Positions 29,808 through 38,826 of a DNA stretch of 64,000 bases are shown here, piece by piece; positions within the stretch are counted from its first letter, which is position 1; the number at the start of each line of letters is the position of its first letter. The translations under genes and the position numbers were made by a program. This DNA is from Thermoanaerobaculia bacterium (GTDB lineage: Bacteria > Acidobacteriota > Thermoanaerobaculia > Multivoradales > JAHEKO01). Where the stretch lies: contig CAMYNM010000020.1 of assembly GCA_947259725.1 (NCBI GenBank), positions 18,584-82,583 of the forward strand. Reading direction: 5' to 3'. Below the pieces are notes generated by a model. It was not told the DNA's origin, made no database searches, and was given only the letters and a program-made list of their open reading frames with translations.

Positions 29808-31514
29808 CTATGCCTCCATCGGCACCGGCTCGGCGGCCGCAGGGACCGCTCCGGGCAGTTCCACCCGCACTCGGGTGCCCTTGGCGGGTTGGCTCTCGAC
29901 GTAGACCTGGCCGTCGTGCTCCTTGACGATGCGGTAGACGATCGCCATGCCGATACCGGTGCCGCTGTCGAAGTACGAACGGAAAGGGTGAAACATCCGC
30001 TCCTTTTCCTCGGCGGTCATCCCGCAGCCGGTGTCGACGAACTCGAGGTAGTAGCGCCCATCGACGAGCTGGCCGACGATTCTCAGCCGGCCACCGTCGG
30101 ACATGGCGCGGAGGCTGTTGCGCGTGAGATTCCAGAAGATCTGGCTGATCTGATCGCGGTCGCCGACCAGATAAACGCTCTCCGGCTCGAGCTCGAGCTC
30201 GATGTCGTGCTCGACGCCGACCTCGTTGCTGTTGCGCAGGAGCTCGACGTTTTCGGCCACGAGCGCGGCTACGTCAAAGCGGACGCTGGCCGCGTGCTTG
30301 GGGCGGGCGAATTGCAGGAATCCCTTGATGGTTCGGTCGAGACGCTGGCTCTCCTTGAGAATGATATTGAGGAGCTTGCTCTTTGGCGAGTCCTCGGAAA
30401 CTCCGGAGGAGAGCATCTGCACGGAACCGGATATGGCCGCCAAAGGATTGCCGATCTCGTGGGCGAGCCCGGAGGCCATCTGACCGACCGCGGCCATGCG
30501 CTCCTGGAGCCGGTGTTCCTCTTGGAGACGCCGCCACTCCGACAGATCCTGGAAGATGAGGATGAAGCCCGCCATCTGACCGCCGCCGCTCAAGGTGCTC
30601 AGCGTGTAGCCAATGGTCAGCTTCCGGTCTTCTAAGCGATAGTCCGCGTCGAAGCGGTTGCGTGCGGCTTGTCCGGCTCCGCCGCAAAGCGTCCGCCACG
30701 TCTGCTCGTCGAATAGCCCCAGTTCATAGACGTGCCGTCCTATCAGCTGCTCGAGAGGCCTGAGGAGAATGTCCTGGGCCGCTAGATTGGCGCTGGTGAC
30801 GACGCCCGAGGTGTCGGTCGTCATCAAGCCGCTCGGAATGGATTCGATCACGTCTCGGTAGGCGACACGAAGCTCGGCCAGTCGTTCGCCCTTCTGGACC
30901 AGCGCTTCCTCGGCACGGGCGACATTTCGAGCCAGATGTGCGGTCAGAAACGCGACCGCATAGAAGCCCACCAGGTGTATGACCAGGTAGTAGCCGAGCC
31001 TCAACGCCGAGGGCTCCAGTGCCATATCGCTCGTGGCCTGAGCCGCCCAGCCCTGTGTCGTGGCGTATACCACGGCCGCGTACAAGAGCCATGCGAAGCT
31101 GGCGATGTAGACTCCGGCCTGGCGCCGCAAAAACACCGAGGCTTCGGTGATCACGATCAGGTAGAGAATGGAGAAGACGCTGCTCGCGCCGCCGAAGTAG
31201 TAGACCAGCCCGGTGATCACCAGCAGATCGCCGGTGAACTGAATGTAGGCTTGGGTCGCGCCGCTCGGCTTGCGCAGCGCAAGGAAAACGAGGTAGACGA
31301 GGCTTGCGACATATACCGCGCCCGCTCCGCGAAACAGGAAGTCGAAGCTCAGGTCCCTGCTCTCGTCGGTCATCCTGAGCAGGAAGTACGGCAGCGCCAT
31401 GCCGGTGACCGCCACCAGCCGCAGGATGATCATCCAGCGCAACTGATGGAACAACTTCACCTCGGGCCGCATCGAGCGCGACTCGAAACTGCCGGTCTCT
31501 GACGTTTCGCTCAC
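29808..31514 (-). CDS. pilS: Membrane sensor histidine kinase with PAS domain (PilS-like)
   Basis: About 6 TM segments, PAS, LAHEIGNPL H-box, DTGCG, GTGIG. Confidence 0.88.
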   Translation of the reverse strand: MSETSETGSFESRSMRPEVKLFHQLRWMIILRLVAVTGMALPYFLLRMTDESRDLSFDFLFRGAGAVYVASLVYLVFLALRKPSGATQAYIQFTGDLLVITGLVYYFGGASSVFSILYLIVITEASVFLRRQAGVYIASFAWLLYAAVVYATTQGWAAQATSDMALEPSALRLGYYLVIHLVGFYAVAFLTAHLARNVARAEEALVQKGERLAELRVAYRDVIESIPSGLMTTDTSGVVTSANLAAQDILLRPLEQLIGRHVYELGLFDEQTWRTLCGGAGQAARNRFDADYRLEDRKLTIGYTLSTLSGGGQMAGFILIFQDLSEWRRLQEEHRLQERMAAVGQMASGLAHEIGNPLAAISGSVQMLSSGVSEDSPKSKLLNIILKESQRLDRTIKGFLQFARPKHAASVRFDVAALVAENVELLRNSNEVGVEHDIELELEPESVYLVGDRDQISQIFWNLTRNSLRAMSDGGRLRIVGQLVDGRYYLEFVDTGCGMTAEEKERMFHPFRSYFDSGTGIGMAIVYRIVKEHDGQVYVESQPAKGTRVRVELPGAVPAAAEPVPMEA

Positions 31515-31535
31515 CGGCGTCCTCTCGACACGGCG

Positions 31536-32741
31536 CTATTGGATCTGACCGAGAATCGTATACAGCGGCAGATACATCGCAGCCACGATGGTGCCGATGA
31601 TCGCACCGAGGACCACGATCATGATCGGCTCGAGCAGCTTGACCATGCCCGCGACCGCGGTATCGACCTCGTCTTCGTAGAAGTCGGCGATCTTGGAGAG
31701 CATCTGATCCAGGGCGCCGGTCTGTTCACCGACGTTGATCATCTGCACGACCATCGGAGGAAAGACCTTGGTCTCGCCGAGTGGACCGCTCAGAGTCTTG
31801 CCCTCTTCTACACTGCGCCGCGTCAACATGATGGCGTCTTCGATGATCGAGTTGCCGGCGGTCTTGGCGGTGATCTCGAGCCCGTCCAGAATCGGAACGC
31901 CGGACGAGGTCAGGGTCGATAGGGTCCGGCAGAAACGGGCCACCGAGATCTTGCGGAGAATCTCGCCAAGAATAGGAATGCGCAGCAGCAGCCCGTCGAG
32001 CACTCTGCGCCCCTTGTCGGTCCGGTGGTAGGCGCGGATCGCGAAGAAGACACCCACCAACGCAGCCAGAATGAGGAGCGAGTAGCTGGCCACGAAGTTG
32101 CTCAACGAGACAACCCACTGGGTCAGGGCCGGAAGCTCTCCGCCCAGGCCGGCGAACAGCTGTGCAAACACCGGGATGACCTTCCAGAGGATGATCCAGA
32201 CCACGCCGACCGCGATCAAGATGACCGTGACCGGGTACATCATCGCGGATTTGACCTGATTCTTGAGCTTGACCGCTTTTTCCAGGTAGACGGAAAGGCG
32301 CTGCAGGATCACATCCAGAATACCGCCGGCCTCGCCGGCCGCGACCATGTTGACGTAGAGGTTGTCGAACGCCTTGGGCTGCCGGCGCATGGCTTCAGCC
32401 AGCGAGGCGCCGCCCTCGACGTCGGAACGGATCTTGGTGATCATCGCGCCAAAGGCGGGGTGCTCCTGCTGCTCGCCGAGTATCTCGAGGCACTGGACCA
32501 GCGGCAGGCCGGCATCGAGCATCACCGAGAACTGTCGAGTAAACAGCGCGACCTTCTGTTGGTTGACCTTGCGTGGGATGCGCGGCAGAAACGCGATCTC
32601 GCGCCCCTTCTCTCGCAGGGTACTGACCCGGATCTGTTGTTGGCGCAGCACTGCCGCCGCCGCGTCCTTGCTGTCGGCAAGCATGACGCCTTCACGGAAA
32701 CCTCCTTGGCGGTCGCGGCCTTTCCAGACAAAACTAGGCAT
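31536..32741 (-). CDS. pilC: Type IV pilus inner-membrane platform protein (GspF/PilC family)
   Basis: FTRQFSVM..AGLPL, AGEAGG.LD, AMMYP, GEQTGALD.ML, LLEP. Confidence 0.95.
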   Translation of the reverse strand: MPSFVWKGRDRQGGFREGVMLADSKDAAAAVLRQQQIRVSTLREKGREIAFLPRIPRKVNQQKVALFTRQFSVMLDAGLPLVQCLEILGEQQEHPAFGAMITKIRSDVEGGASLAEAMRRQPKAFDNLYVNMVAAGEAGGILDVILQRLSVYLEKAVKLKNQVKSAMMYPVTVILIAVGVVWIILWKVIPVFAQLFAGLGGELPALTQWVVSLSNFVASYSLLILAALVGVFFAIRAYHRTDKGRRVLDGLLLRIPILGEILRKISVARFCRTLSTLTSSGVPILDGLEITAKTAGNSIIEDAIMLTRRSVEEGKTLSGPLGETKVFPPMVVQMINVGEQTGALDQMLSKIADFYEDEVDTAVAGMVKLLEPIMIVVLGAIIGTIVAAMYLPLYTILGQIQ

Positions 32742-32765
32742 CAGAGGTACTCCTTACGGCAGCGC

Positions 32766-33878
32766 TCAGCGAGCGGCTCCGGCGGGTCGGCCGCCGGCCT
32801 CGCCCAACGCGGCGGCGCGGGCGATGATTTCCTGTAGTTCGTCGGGCTTCGAAGATCTGTTCATGGCGGTCTTCAGGTCGATCATTCGGCGGGCATAGAG
32901 AGCCGCGAGCGACTGGTTGAAGGTCTGCATTCCGAACTTCGCTTGTCCGGTTTGCATCATGCCGTAGATCTGATGGATCTTGTCTTCGCGGATGAGGTTG
33001 CGAATTGCGGAGTTCGGAATCAGGACTTCCATCGCCATGCACCGTCCGGTGCCGCTGGCCCTGGGCAACAGGGACTGGCACAGGATGCCCTCCAGCACGA
33101 ATGAGAGCTGGACCCGGATCTGGCCCTGCTGGTGCGCGGGGAAGATGTCGATGATCCGGTTGATGGTCTGCGCGGCCGAGTTGGTGTGCAAAGTGGCAAA
33201 GGTGAGGTGGCCGGTTTCGGCGATCCTCAGAGCCGCTTCGACGGTCTCGTGGTCGCGCATCTCACCGATGAGCACTACGTCAGGGTCTTGCCGCAGCACC
33301 GACTTGAGCGCGTTCGCGAAGCTCAAGGTATCGGCGTTGAGCTCGCGCTGGTTGACGATGCACTTCTTGTGGTGATGCAGATACTCGACCGGGTCCTCGA
33401 TGGTGACGATGTGCTCGGCTCGTTCGCTGTTGACCTTGTCGATCATCGCGGCGAGCGAGGTGGACTTGCCCGATCCGGTGGGGCCGGTGACCAGTACCAG
33501 GCCACGGGGTTTCTCGCACAGCTTCTGAACGATCCGCGGCAGGCCCAGCTCACGAAATCCCTTGATCTCGTACGGGATCTGACGAAACGACGCCGCCACC
33601 GCGCCGCGCTGGTGGAAGATGTTGCCGCGAAACCGTGCGAGGCCTTTGATTCCAAAGGAGAGGTCGAGCTCGAGGGTCTCCTCGAGTCGTTGTTTCTGCT
33701 TGTCGGTGAGGATGGAGTAGGCGAGTTTCTTGGTTTCTGTGGGGGTCAGCGCCGGGCTGTTGAGGGCATGGAGAACGCCGTCGATCCTGATTTGAGGCGC
33801 GGAGTTGGTCGTGATGTGCAGGTCGGACGCCCCCTGTTCGACCATCTCCTTGAGCAAGGCATTGAGTGACGCGGTCAT
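32766..33878 (-). CDS. pilT: Type IV pilus retraction ATPase
   Basis: ASDLH, GPTGSGKST, TIEDPVE, LRQDPD, AETGH, AIRNLIRE motif. Confidence 0.96.
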   Translation of the reverse strand: MTASLNALLKEMVEQGASDLHITTNSAPQIRIDGVLHALNSPALTPTETKKLAYSILTDKQKQRLEETLELDLSFGIKGLARFRGNIFHQRGAVAASFRQIPYEIKGFRELGLPRIVQKLCEKPRGLVLVTGPTGSGKSTSLAAMIDKVNSERAEHIVTIEDPVEYLHHHKKCIVNQRELNADTLSFANALKSVLRQDPDVVLIGEMRDHETVEAALRIAETGHLTFATLHTNSAAQTINRIIDIFPAHQQGQIRVQLSFVLEGILCQSLLPRASGTGRCMAMEVLIPNSAIRNLIREDKIHQIYGMMQTGQAKFGMQTFNQSLAALYARRMIDLKTAMNRSSKPDELQEIIARAAALGEAGGRPAGAAR

Positions 33879-33897
33879 ACCAAGATCCCCCTAAATA

Positions 33898-33972
33898 CCG
33901 TTGAAATCAACGGATTTATCGGATTATAGCAACCGCCGCATACGATTCTTGCGCAAAATGTCACAGGTGACA
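33898..33972 (-). promoter_or_regulatory. pilT promoter region: extended -10 plus two palindromes
   Basis: Minus-strand TGcTATAAT at 33923-33931; perfect IRs CCGTTGA-AA-TCAACGG (33898-33913) and TGTCAC-AG-GTGACA (33959-33972). Confidence 0.55.
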
Positions 33973-34063
33973 GAATCGCGCCGCCGGGTGCCAATAATCG
34001 GACGAGCCGGAATCATCACCCCGGCGCTTCGGGTGGTTCTCGGCTGCTAGAGTCCCGCGACCG

Positions 34064-35914
34064 ATGAGTGAGTTCGAGGATCTCGCCGTCAAGCACACGC
34101 GCGGATACGACGCCCGTCTCATGCGGCGCCTCCTGAGCTATGTCCGGCCTTACCGAGGGCTGGCGGGCTCGGCGGTCGCGCTCATCGTTCTGTCCTCCGT
34201 GCTCCAGCTGGTCGGTCCGCTGGTGACCGCCGTGGCGCTCGATCTCTACATTCGGCCCTCGGCGGCCGAAGCGGCGCCCTCTGCGGTGAGTGTCGCGGTA
34301 GCCGAGATCCTGTCGGCTCGAGGGCTCGACCCCACGCCCGGGCAGGGGCTGGCGGTGATTGGCTTGACCTACCTCGCTTCTCTGGGCCTGACCTTCTGCG
34401 TGCTTTATCTCCAGGGCCTGATCATGCAGTTCATGGGGCAGTACATCATGTACGACCTTCGGCTCGAGGTCTTCAATAAGCTTCAGCGATTGCCGGTAGC
34501 ATTCTTTGACCGTAGCCCGGTCGGCAGGCTGGTGACCAGGGTCACCAACGACATTGACGCGCTCAACGAGCTGTTCACGGCAGGACTCGTGTCGATATTC
34601 GGCGACGTTTTTCTGCTTGGCGGAATCGTGTGTGTCCTGTTCTGGTTCAACTGGAAGCTGGCCCTGGTCACGTTCGCGATTATCCCGCTGCTGTTTCTGC
34701 TGACTTTCTGGTTCAAGCTTCGCGCGCGGCAGTCGTACCGAGAGGTGCGGGTTCGGTTGGCGGCGATCAACACGTTTCTCCAGGAGAACATCAGCGGGAT
34801 GTCGATCGTGCAGTTGTTCAACCGGGAGCGCGCGGCGCTGGCCGAGTTCAAGGACATCAACGCCGAGCATCGCGACGCCAACGTACGGGCGATTTTCTAC
34901 TACGCGGTCTACTTTCCCGCGGTCGAGCTGATCACCGCCATCGGGATCGCGCTCGTGCTCTGGTACGGCGGTGGCAGAGTGATCGCGGGAATGCTGTCCT
35001 TGGGGGCCTTGGTCGCGTTTCTTCAGTACGCGCAGCGCTTCTACCAGCCTTTGGCGGACCTGTCGGAGAAGTACAACATTTTGCAGGCGGCGATGGCCGC
35101 TTCCGAACGGGTGTTCGAACTGGTGGATCGCGAGCCGGAGATTCAGTCGCCGCCCGGCGCTTACCGCCCGGATCAGCCCCCTGGTGAGATCGAGTTCAAG
35201 GGCGTCGATTTCAGCTACAACCCCGGCGAGACCGTGCTGCACGATGTTTCATTCCGGGTCGCTCGCGGAGAAACTGTTGCGGTGGTCGGGCACACCGGTG
35301 CTGGCAAGAGCACGCTCGCCAGCCTGGTGCAGCGCTTCTACGACGTCGATTCGGGAGCCGTGCTGGTTGACGGTGCCGACGTGCGGCAGTGGGATCTGCG
35401 ACGCCTGCGCGTGGCCGTAGGGGTGGTGCTGCAGGACGTGTTTCTTTTTTCGGGCACGGTCGCGGAAAACATTCGGTTGGGCAATACCGAGATCGACGAC
35501 GAGCGGTTGCGCTGGGCGGCGCGAGAGGTCCACGCGCTGGAGTTCATCGACAACCTGCCGGGCGGTTTCGACGCGGTCGTGCGCGAGCGCGGTGCCGGGC
35601 TTTCAGTCGGCCAGAAGCAGCTGATCGCCTTCGCCCGGGCGCTCGCCTACGATCCCGGCATTTTGATTCTCGATGAGGCGACCTCGTCGATCGACACCGA
35701 GACCGAGCGCTTGATCCAGCTCGGCCTCGAAACGTTGCTCGCTGAGAGGACTTCCCTGGTTATCGCCCATCGGCTCTCGACCATTCGCAGGGCGGACCGG
35801 ATTCTGGTGCTCCACAAGGGACACCTCTGCGAGCAGGGAAGCCACGACGAGCTCATGGAGCTGGGCGGGATCTATTATCGGCTGCATCTGCTCCAGCACG
35901 GCGCCGCGGCGTAG
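34064..35914 (+). CDS. ABC exporter half-transporter (MdlB/TM288-like)
   Basis: TMD+NBD; GHTGAGKST, LSVGQKQ, ILILDEATS, IAHRLST. Confidence 0.93.
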   Translation: MSEFEDLAVKHTRGYDARLMRRLLSYVRPYRGLAGSAVALIVLSSVLQLVGPLVTAVALDLYIRPSAAEAAPSAVSVAVAEILSARGLDPTPGQGLAVIGLTYLASLGLTFCVLYLQGLIMQFMGQYIMYDLRLEVFNKLQRLPVAFFDRSPVGRLVTRVTNDIDALNELFTAGLVSIFGDVFLLGGIVCVLFWFNWKLALVTFAIIPLLFLLTFWFKLRARQSYREVRVRLAAINTFLQENISGMSIVQLFNRERAALAEFKDINAEHRDANVRAIFYYAVYFPAVELITAIGIALVLWYGGGRVIAGMLSLGALVAFLQYAQRFYQPLADLSEKYNILQAAMAASERVFELVDREPEIQSPPGAYRPDQPPGEIEFKGVDFSYNPGETVLHDVSFRVARGETVAVVGHTGAGKSTLASLVQRFYDVDSGAVLVDGADVRQWDLRRLRVAVGVVLQDVFLFSGTVAENIRLGNTEIDDERLRWAAREVHALEFIDNLPGGFDAVVRERGAGLSVGQKQLIAFARALAYDPGILILDEATSSIDTETERLIQLGLETLLAERTSLVIAHRLSTIRRADRILVLHKGHLCEQGSHDELMELGGIYYRLHLLQHGAAA

Positions 35915-35926
35915 ATCGCTTGAGGT

Positions 35927-36009
35927 GCCGCGTCTGCGGCGTTGCGCTGCGCTCGGGAATCCTCGACGTACTCGGAGTACGCCTCCGGTTCCCTCGCTGG
36001 CGCGCCTTG
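35927..36009. repeat. 83-bp structured repeat, copy 1
   Basis: Identical to 36048-36130; enclosed by an 18-bp IR (35913-35930 / 36017-36034, 1 mismatch). Confidence 0.9.
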
Positions 36010-36047
36010 CATCCATCGGCACCTCACGCGATCTGTGCTGAGCGGAA

Positions 36048-36130
36048 GCCGCGTCTGCGGCGTTGCGCTGCGCTCGGGAATCCTCGACGTACTCGGAGTA
36101 CGCCTCCGGTTCCCTCGCTGGCGCGCCTTG
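36048..36130. repeat. 83-bp structured repeat, copy 2
   Basis: Identical to 35927-36009; enclosed by a different IR (GCTGAGCGG / CCGCTCTGC). Confidence 0.9.
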
Positions 36131-36150
36131 AGCGCCCGCTCTGCGGTGGC

Positions 36151-36237
36151 TTGTAGCGGTCGACGTCTCTGTCGACCGTCTTCGACGGGGGATCCGGTCC
36201 CTGGGGCTCGGTCAACCCCGGAGGTCGACCGCTACAA
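36151..36237. repeat. GTAG-type REP doublet (REPIN-like)
   Basis: GTAG+CGGTCGAC-gtctct-GTCGACCG (36153-36178) and inverted partner CGGTCAAC-cccggag-GTCGACCG+CTAC (36209-36235); perfect 14-bp outer IR. Confidence 0.75.
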
Positions 36238-36251
36238 CAGCTTGTCGGTGC

Positions 36252-36803
36252 CTACTCGGAAGGCGCCGCCGACCCGATGCCCTGGATCTCGCCAAGAAGC
36301 TCGAGCAACTGCCCGACCCGCTCCTGGGACTCGCCGGTCGGGTAGGTGTAGGTGATGGTCAGGACGCGATTGGCCATCGGGTGGATCGAGTAGACCCAGG
36401 TTTCCTCGACCGGGCCGTATTCGCCGTCGTAGGCGCCGCGCGCGGTAAACGCGGTCCCGGTGGGTGTCCCGAGCTCGCGGTTGCCGAAATATTCACCACC
36501 GGGCGCCGATTCGAACAGGGCTTTTCGTTCTTTGATCGCCTCGATCAGATTGATCCCAAACTGCTCCTCGGGGCCGGCCGTGATGACCGCGCGGCCCGAT
36601 CCCGCTGCACCTGCCGCCTCGAGCACGATCTCGGGTCCGGACGCGTTGGCCACCGAAAACGCGCTGGGCAGGGCGGCGATGGCGATGCCGAGATCACGAT
36701 TCTCGACCCGCTCGGGAGCCACGACTTCTTGCGGCGCCTTCGTGCAGTGAGCCAAGCCGAGACCGAGAGCGAAGATCGAGAGGGCAAAGAGGCTACGTGT
36801 CAT
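36252..36803 (-). CDS. Hypothetical exported protein, possible lipoprotein
   Basis: MTRSLFALSIFALGLGLAHC signal with an atypical lipobox; overlaps the end of the upstream gene. Confidence 0.7.
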   Translation of the reverse strand: MTRSLFALSIFALGLGLAHCTKAPQEVVAPERVENRDLGIAIAALPSAFSVANASGPEIVLEAAGAAGSGRAVITAGPEEQFGINLIEAIKERKALFESAPGGEYFGNRELGTPTGTAFTARGAYDGEYGPVEETWVYSIHPMANRVLTITYTYPTGESQERVGQLLELLGEIQGIGSAAPSE

Positions 36804-38730
36804 TTTCTTGCTCCGTGTCGGCGAGAAACTCGTCGAGCAGCTGCCCGGCGATTCCCATGAAATCGAACTCGGTGATGATGCCCACCAGCCGATCATCCTC
36901 CGCCACCACCGGAAGGCAGCTGATGCGATGCTTTCGCATGAGGCGGATCGCCTCGACCGTGCTCGCTTCAGGGCGAACGGTGATCAAGTCGCGATGCATG
37001 ATTTCACCGACCGAAGTGGATTTGCCGGTTCCGCTCGGCACACTGCCTCCGAGTAGCCGGAGTAGCGACCAGTGGGTGACCAATCCTACGAGACGGTGGT
37101 CATCGTCTTCGACCGGCACATGGCGGATGTGTTTCCAGTCCATGACGTAGGCGGCGATGTCGATCAGATCGTCCTGATTGACGGTGAACAGATCGGTGAC
37201 CATGATCTGTTCGACCCGCCGGTAGTGTTTCTTGGGATCGCCGGCTTCACTGGGCTGGGCGATATCCCATTCATGCACCGGCTGGCCCGTGTTCTGTCGA
37301 TGATAGGTCGCTGCGGTCAGAGCGGTGAGACTCTCGGCGCGGCCCGCGGTCTTGCTCATCGCGATGTGGGAGTCCACCAGCCACTGCGACGCGGTGCGTT
37401 GCGAGCGGGTTCGCTGCTCGATGACTTCGAGATAGCGCCTGGCCTCCGCGGGGTCGATCCCCAGATGCGCCAGGCCTTCCGAAGCGAGCGGCAGGAGATC
37501 CTCCAGGATCAAGTCTCTTGCTGCGACGGCTGGCCGGCCGGGCCAGTCGAACTGCGCCCCCAGGCCGAGACGCGCCGCCTTGACGAAGTTCTCGTGGGCG
37601 TCATCGAAACTCATCTTCTGGCTGATGTCACCGTATTCCTCACCCATTCCCGCGACCAGGCCGAACCAGAACGCCGCGTTGGCCATCTCGTCGAGAGGGG
37701 TCGGTCCGGAAGGCAGCACGCGGTTTTCGATTCGCAGATGCGGCTTGCCGTGCGAGATTCCGTAGCACGGGCGATTCCAGCGGTAGATCGTGCCGTTGTG
37801 CAGGCACAGAGCCCTGAGCGTCGGAGCCGTGCCGCTCGCGAGCGCGTCGAACGGGTCCTCGTCGATGTCGGCGCTGAGGATCACTCGGAACCGCGCGACG
37901 TCCTCCTGGAAGATCTCGAGGGCCGACTTCTCGACCCAGCTTTTCCCGAAGCTGACCCTCGGGCTCATCTCGCGCAGGTGTGCGGTGGGCGCCCGGGTGT
38001 CCACCGACTGCTGAAACAACGCGATCCGGGTTTCTCGCCAGAGCTGGCGCCCGAACAGGAGCGGGGAATTGGTCGCCACCGCGAGTACCGGCGCGGTCAC
38101 CGCCTGGGCGGTGTTGTACCGCAGGGGGAAGCGTTCGGGCGAGACTTGAAAGTGGACTTGAAAGCTCGCATTGCAGGCCTCGAGCATCACGTTGTCGTGC
38201 TGCAATACCAGTTCGTCGCGGCCCTTGATTCGCAGATCGTAGGCGCGGCCGCGCAGGCGCGTCATCGCTTCGTTGAGCCGGAAGTAGCGCGGCATCGGCG
38301 TCATGTTGTCCAGCGTCAGGTCCGTCTTTTCGAGAGTCGGCAGGATTCCGGTGAGCAGAATGCGGGATCCGGCGGCCTCGGCGCCGGATCGGGCGTTGGC
38401 GAGCAGCTCTTCCAGCTGCTTTTCCATTCGGCTCAGACAATCACTGGTCAGATCGAAGGCGTCGAGATTGAACTCGAGGTTGAACTTGCCGAGCTCGGTC
38501 GTGAAATGGGGATCGTTGATCTTCGCGAGCACGTCGAGGTTGTTGGTCGCCGGACGCCAGTTCGAGTCGACGATAAAGAGCTCCTGCTCCGCGCCGATTC
38601 TCTGCACGCCCGATTCGACGAGTCCGTGCTCGAGCATGTGCTCGAGCGCCCGCAGGTCGGTCAGCAGCTTCTTGCTGAACTCGCGAACGTCGAGGTTCGC
38701 GGCGTCCTGTGAGATGTCGTGCTCGCCCAT
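36793..38730 (-). CDS. Glutamate--cysteine ligase family (GCS2-like carboxylate-amine ligase) fused to a C-terminal CBS pair
   Basis: IGAEQE, TELGKFNLE, FQVH.Q, NSP.L.G, RWNR, HLRIENR; C-terminal HIRHVPV and ISCLPVV...LVGIITE.D CBS motifs. Confidence 0.85.
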   Translation of the reverse strand: MGEHDISQDAANLDVREFSKKLLTDLRALEHMLEHGLVESGVQRIGAEQELFIVDSNWRPATNNLDVLAKINDPHFTTELGKFNLEFNLDAFDLTSDCLSRMEKQLEELLANARSGAEAAGSRILLTGILPTLEKTDLTLDNMTPMPRYFRLNEAMTRLRGRAYDLRIKGRDELVLQHDNVMLEACNASFQVHFQVSPERFPLRYNTAQAVTAPVLAVATNSPLLFGRQLWRETRIALFQQSVDTRAPTAHLREMSPRVSFGKSWVEKSALEIFQEDVARFRVILSADIDEDPFDALASGTAPTLRALCLHNGTIYRWNRPCYGISHGKPHLRIENRVLPSGPTPLDEMANAAFWFGLVAGMGEEYGDISQKMSFDDAHENFVKAARLGLGAQFDWPGRPAVAARDLILEDLLPLASEGLAHLGIDPAEARRYLEVIEQRTRSQRTASQWLVDSHIAMSKTAGRAESLTALTAATYHRQNTGQPVHEWDIAQPSEAGDPKKHYRRVEQIMVTDLFTVNQDDLIDIAAYVMDWKHIRHVPVEDDDHRLVGLVTHWSLLRLLGGSVPSGTGKSTSVGEIMHRDLITVRPEASTVEAIRLMRKHRISCLPVVAEDDRLVGIITEFDFMGIAGQLLDEFLADTEQENDT

Positions 38731-38826
38731 GGTTTCGACCTCGGGGAGGCCGCCTGACTTTCGTTGTCAGAGCGATCTTAATCCGTGGCCGGCCGTCGGC
38801 CAAGAACCGCGGAGGTCAGACCGATC

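Noticed and set aside
33976..33993. TGGCAC upstream of pilT as a sigma-54 promoter
   Set aside because: No GC at the required GG-N10-GC position; an extended -10 explains the promoter better.
35927..36130. Possible CRISPR array (repeat-spacer-repeat)
   Set aside because: Only two copies, 83 bp is far longer than CRISPR repeats, the 38-bp 'spacer' base-pairs with the flanks, and there are no cas genes.
35920..36355. ORFs with repeated RVCGVALRSGILDVLGVRLRFPRWRAL
   Set aside because: Translations of the 83-bp DNA repeat in different frames; no RBS or coding bias.
37072..38712. Long antisense ORFs (also 10332..11969, 16116..17783, 40383..41996, 42522..44450, 57917..59446 and others)
   Set aside because: Shadow frames opposite well-supported genes, expected with high GC3 codon bias.
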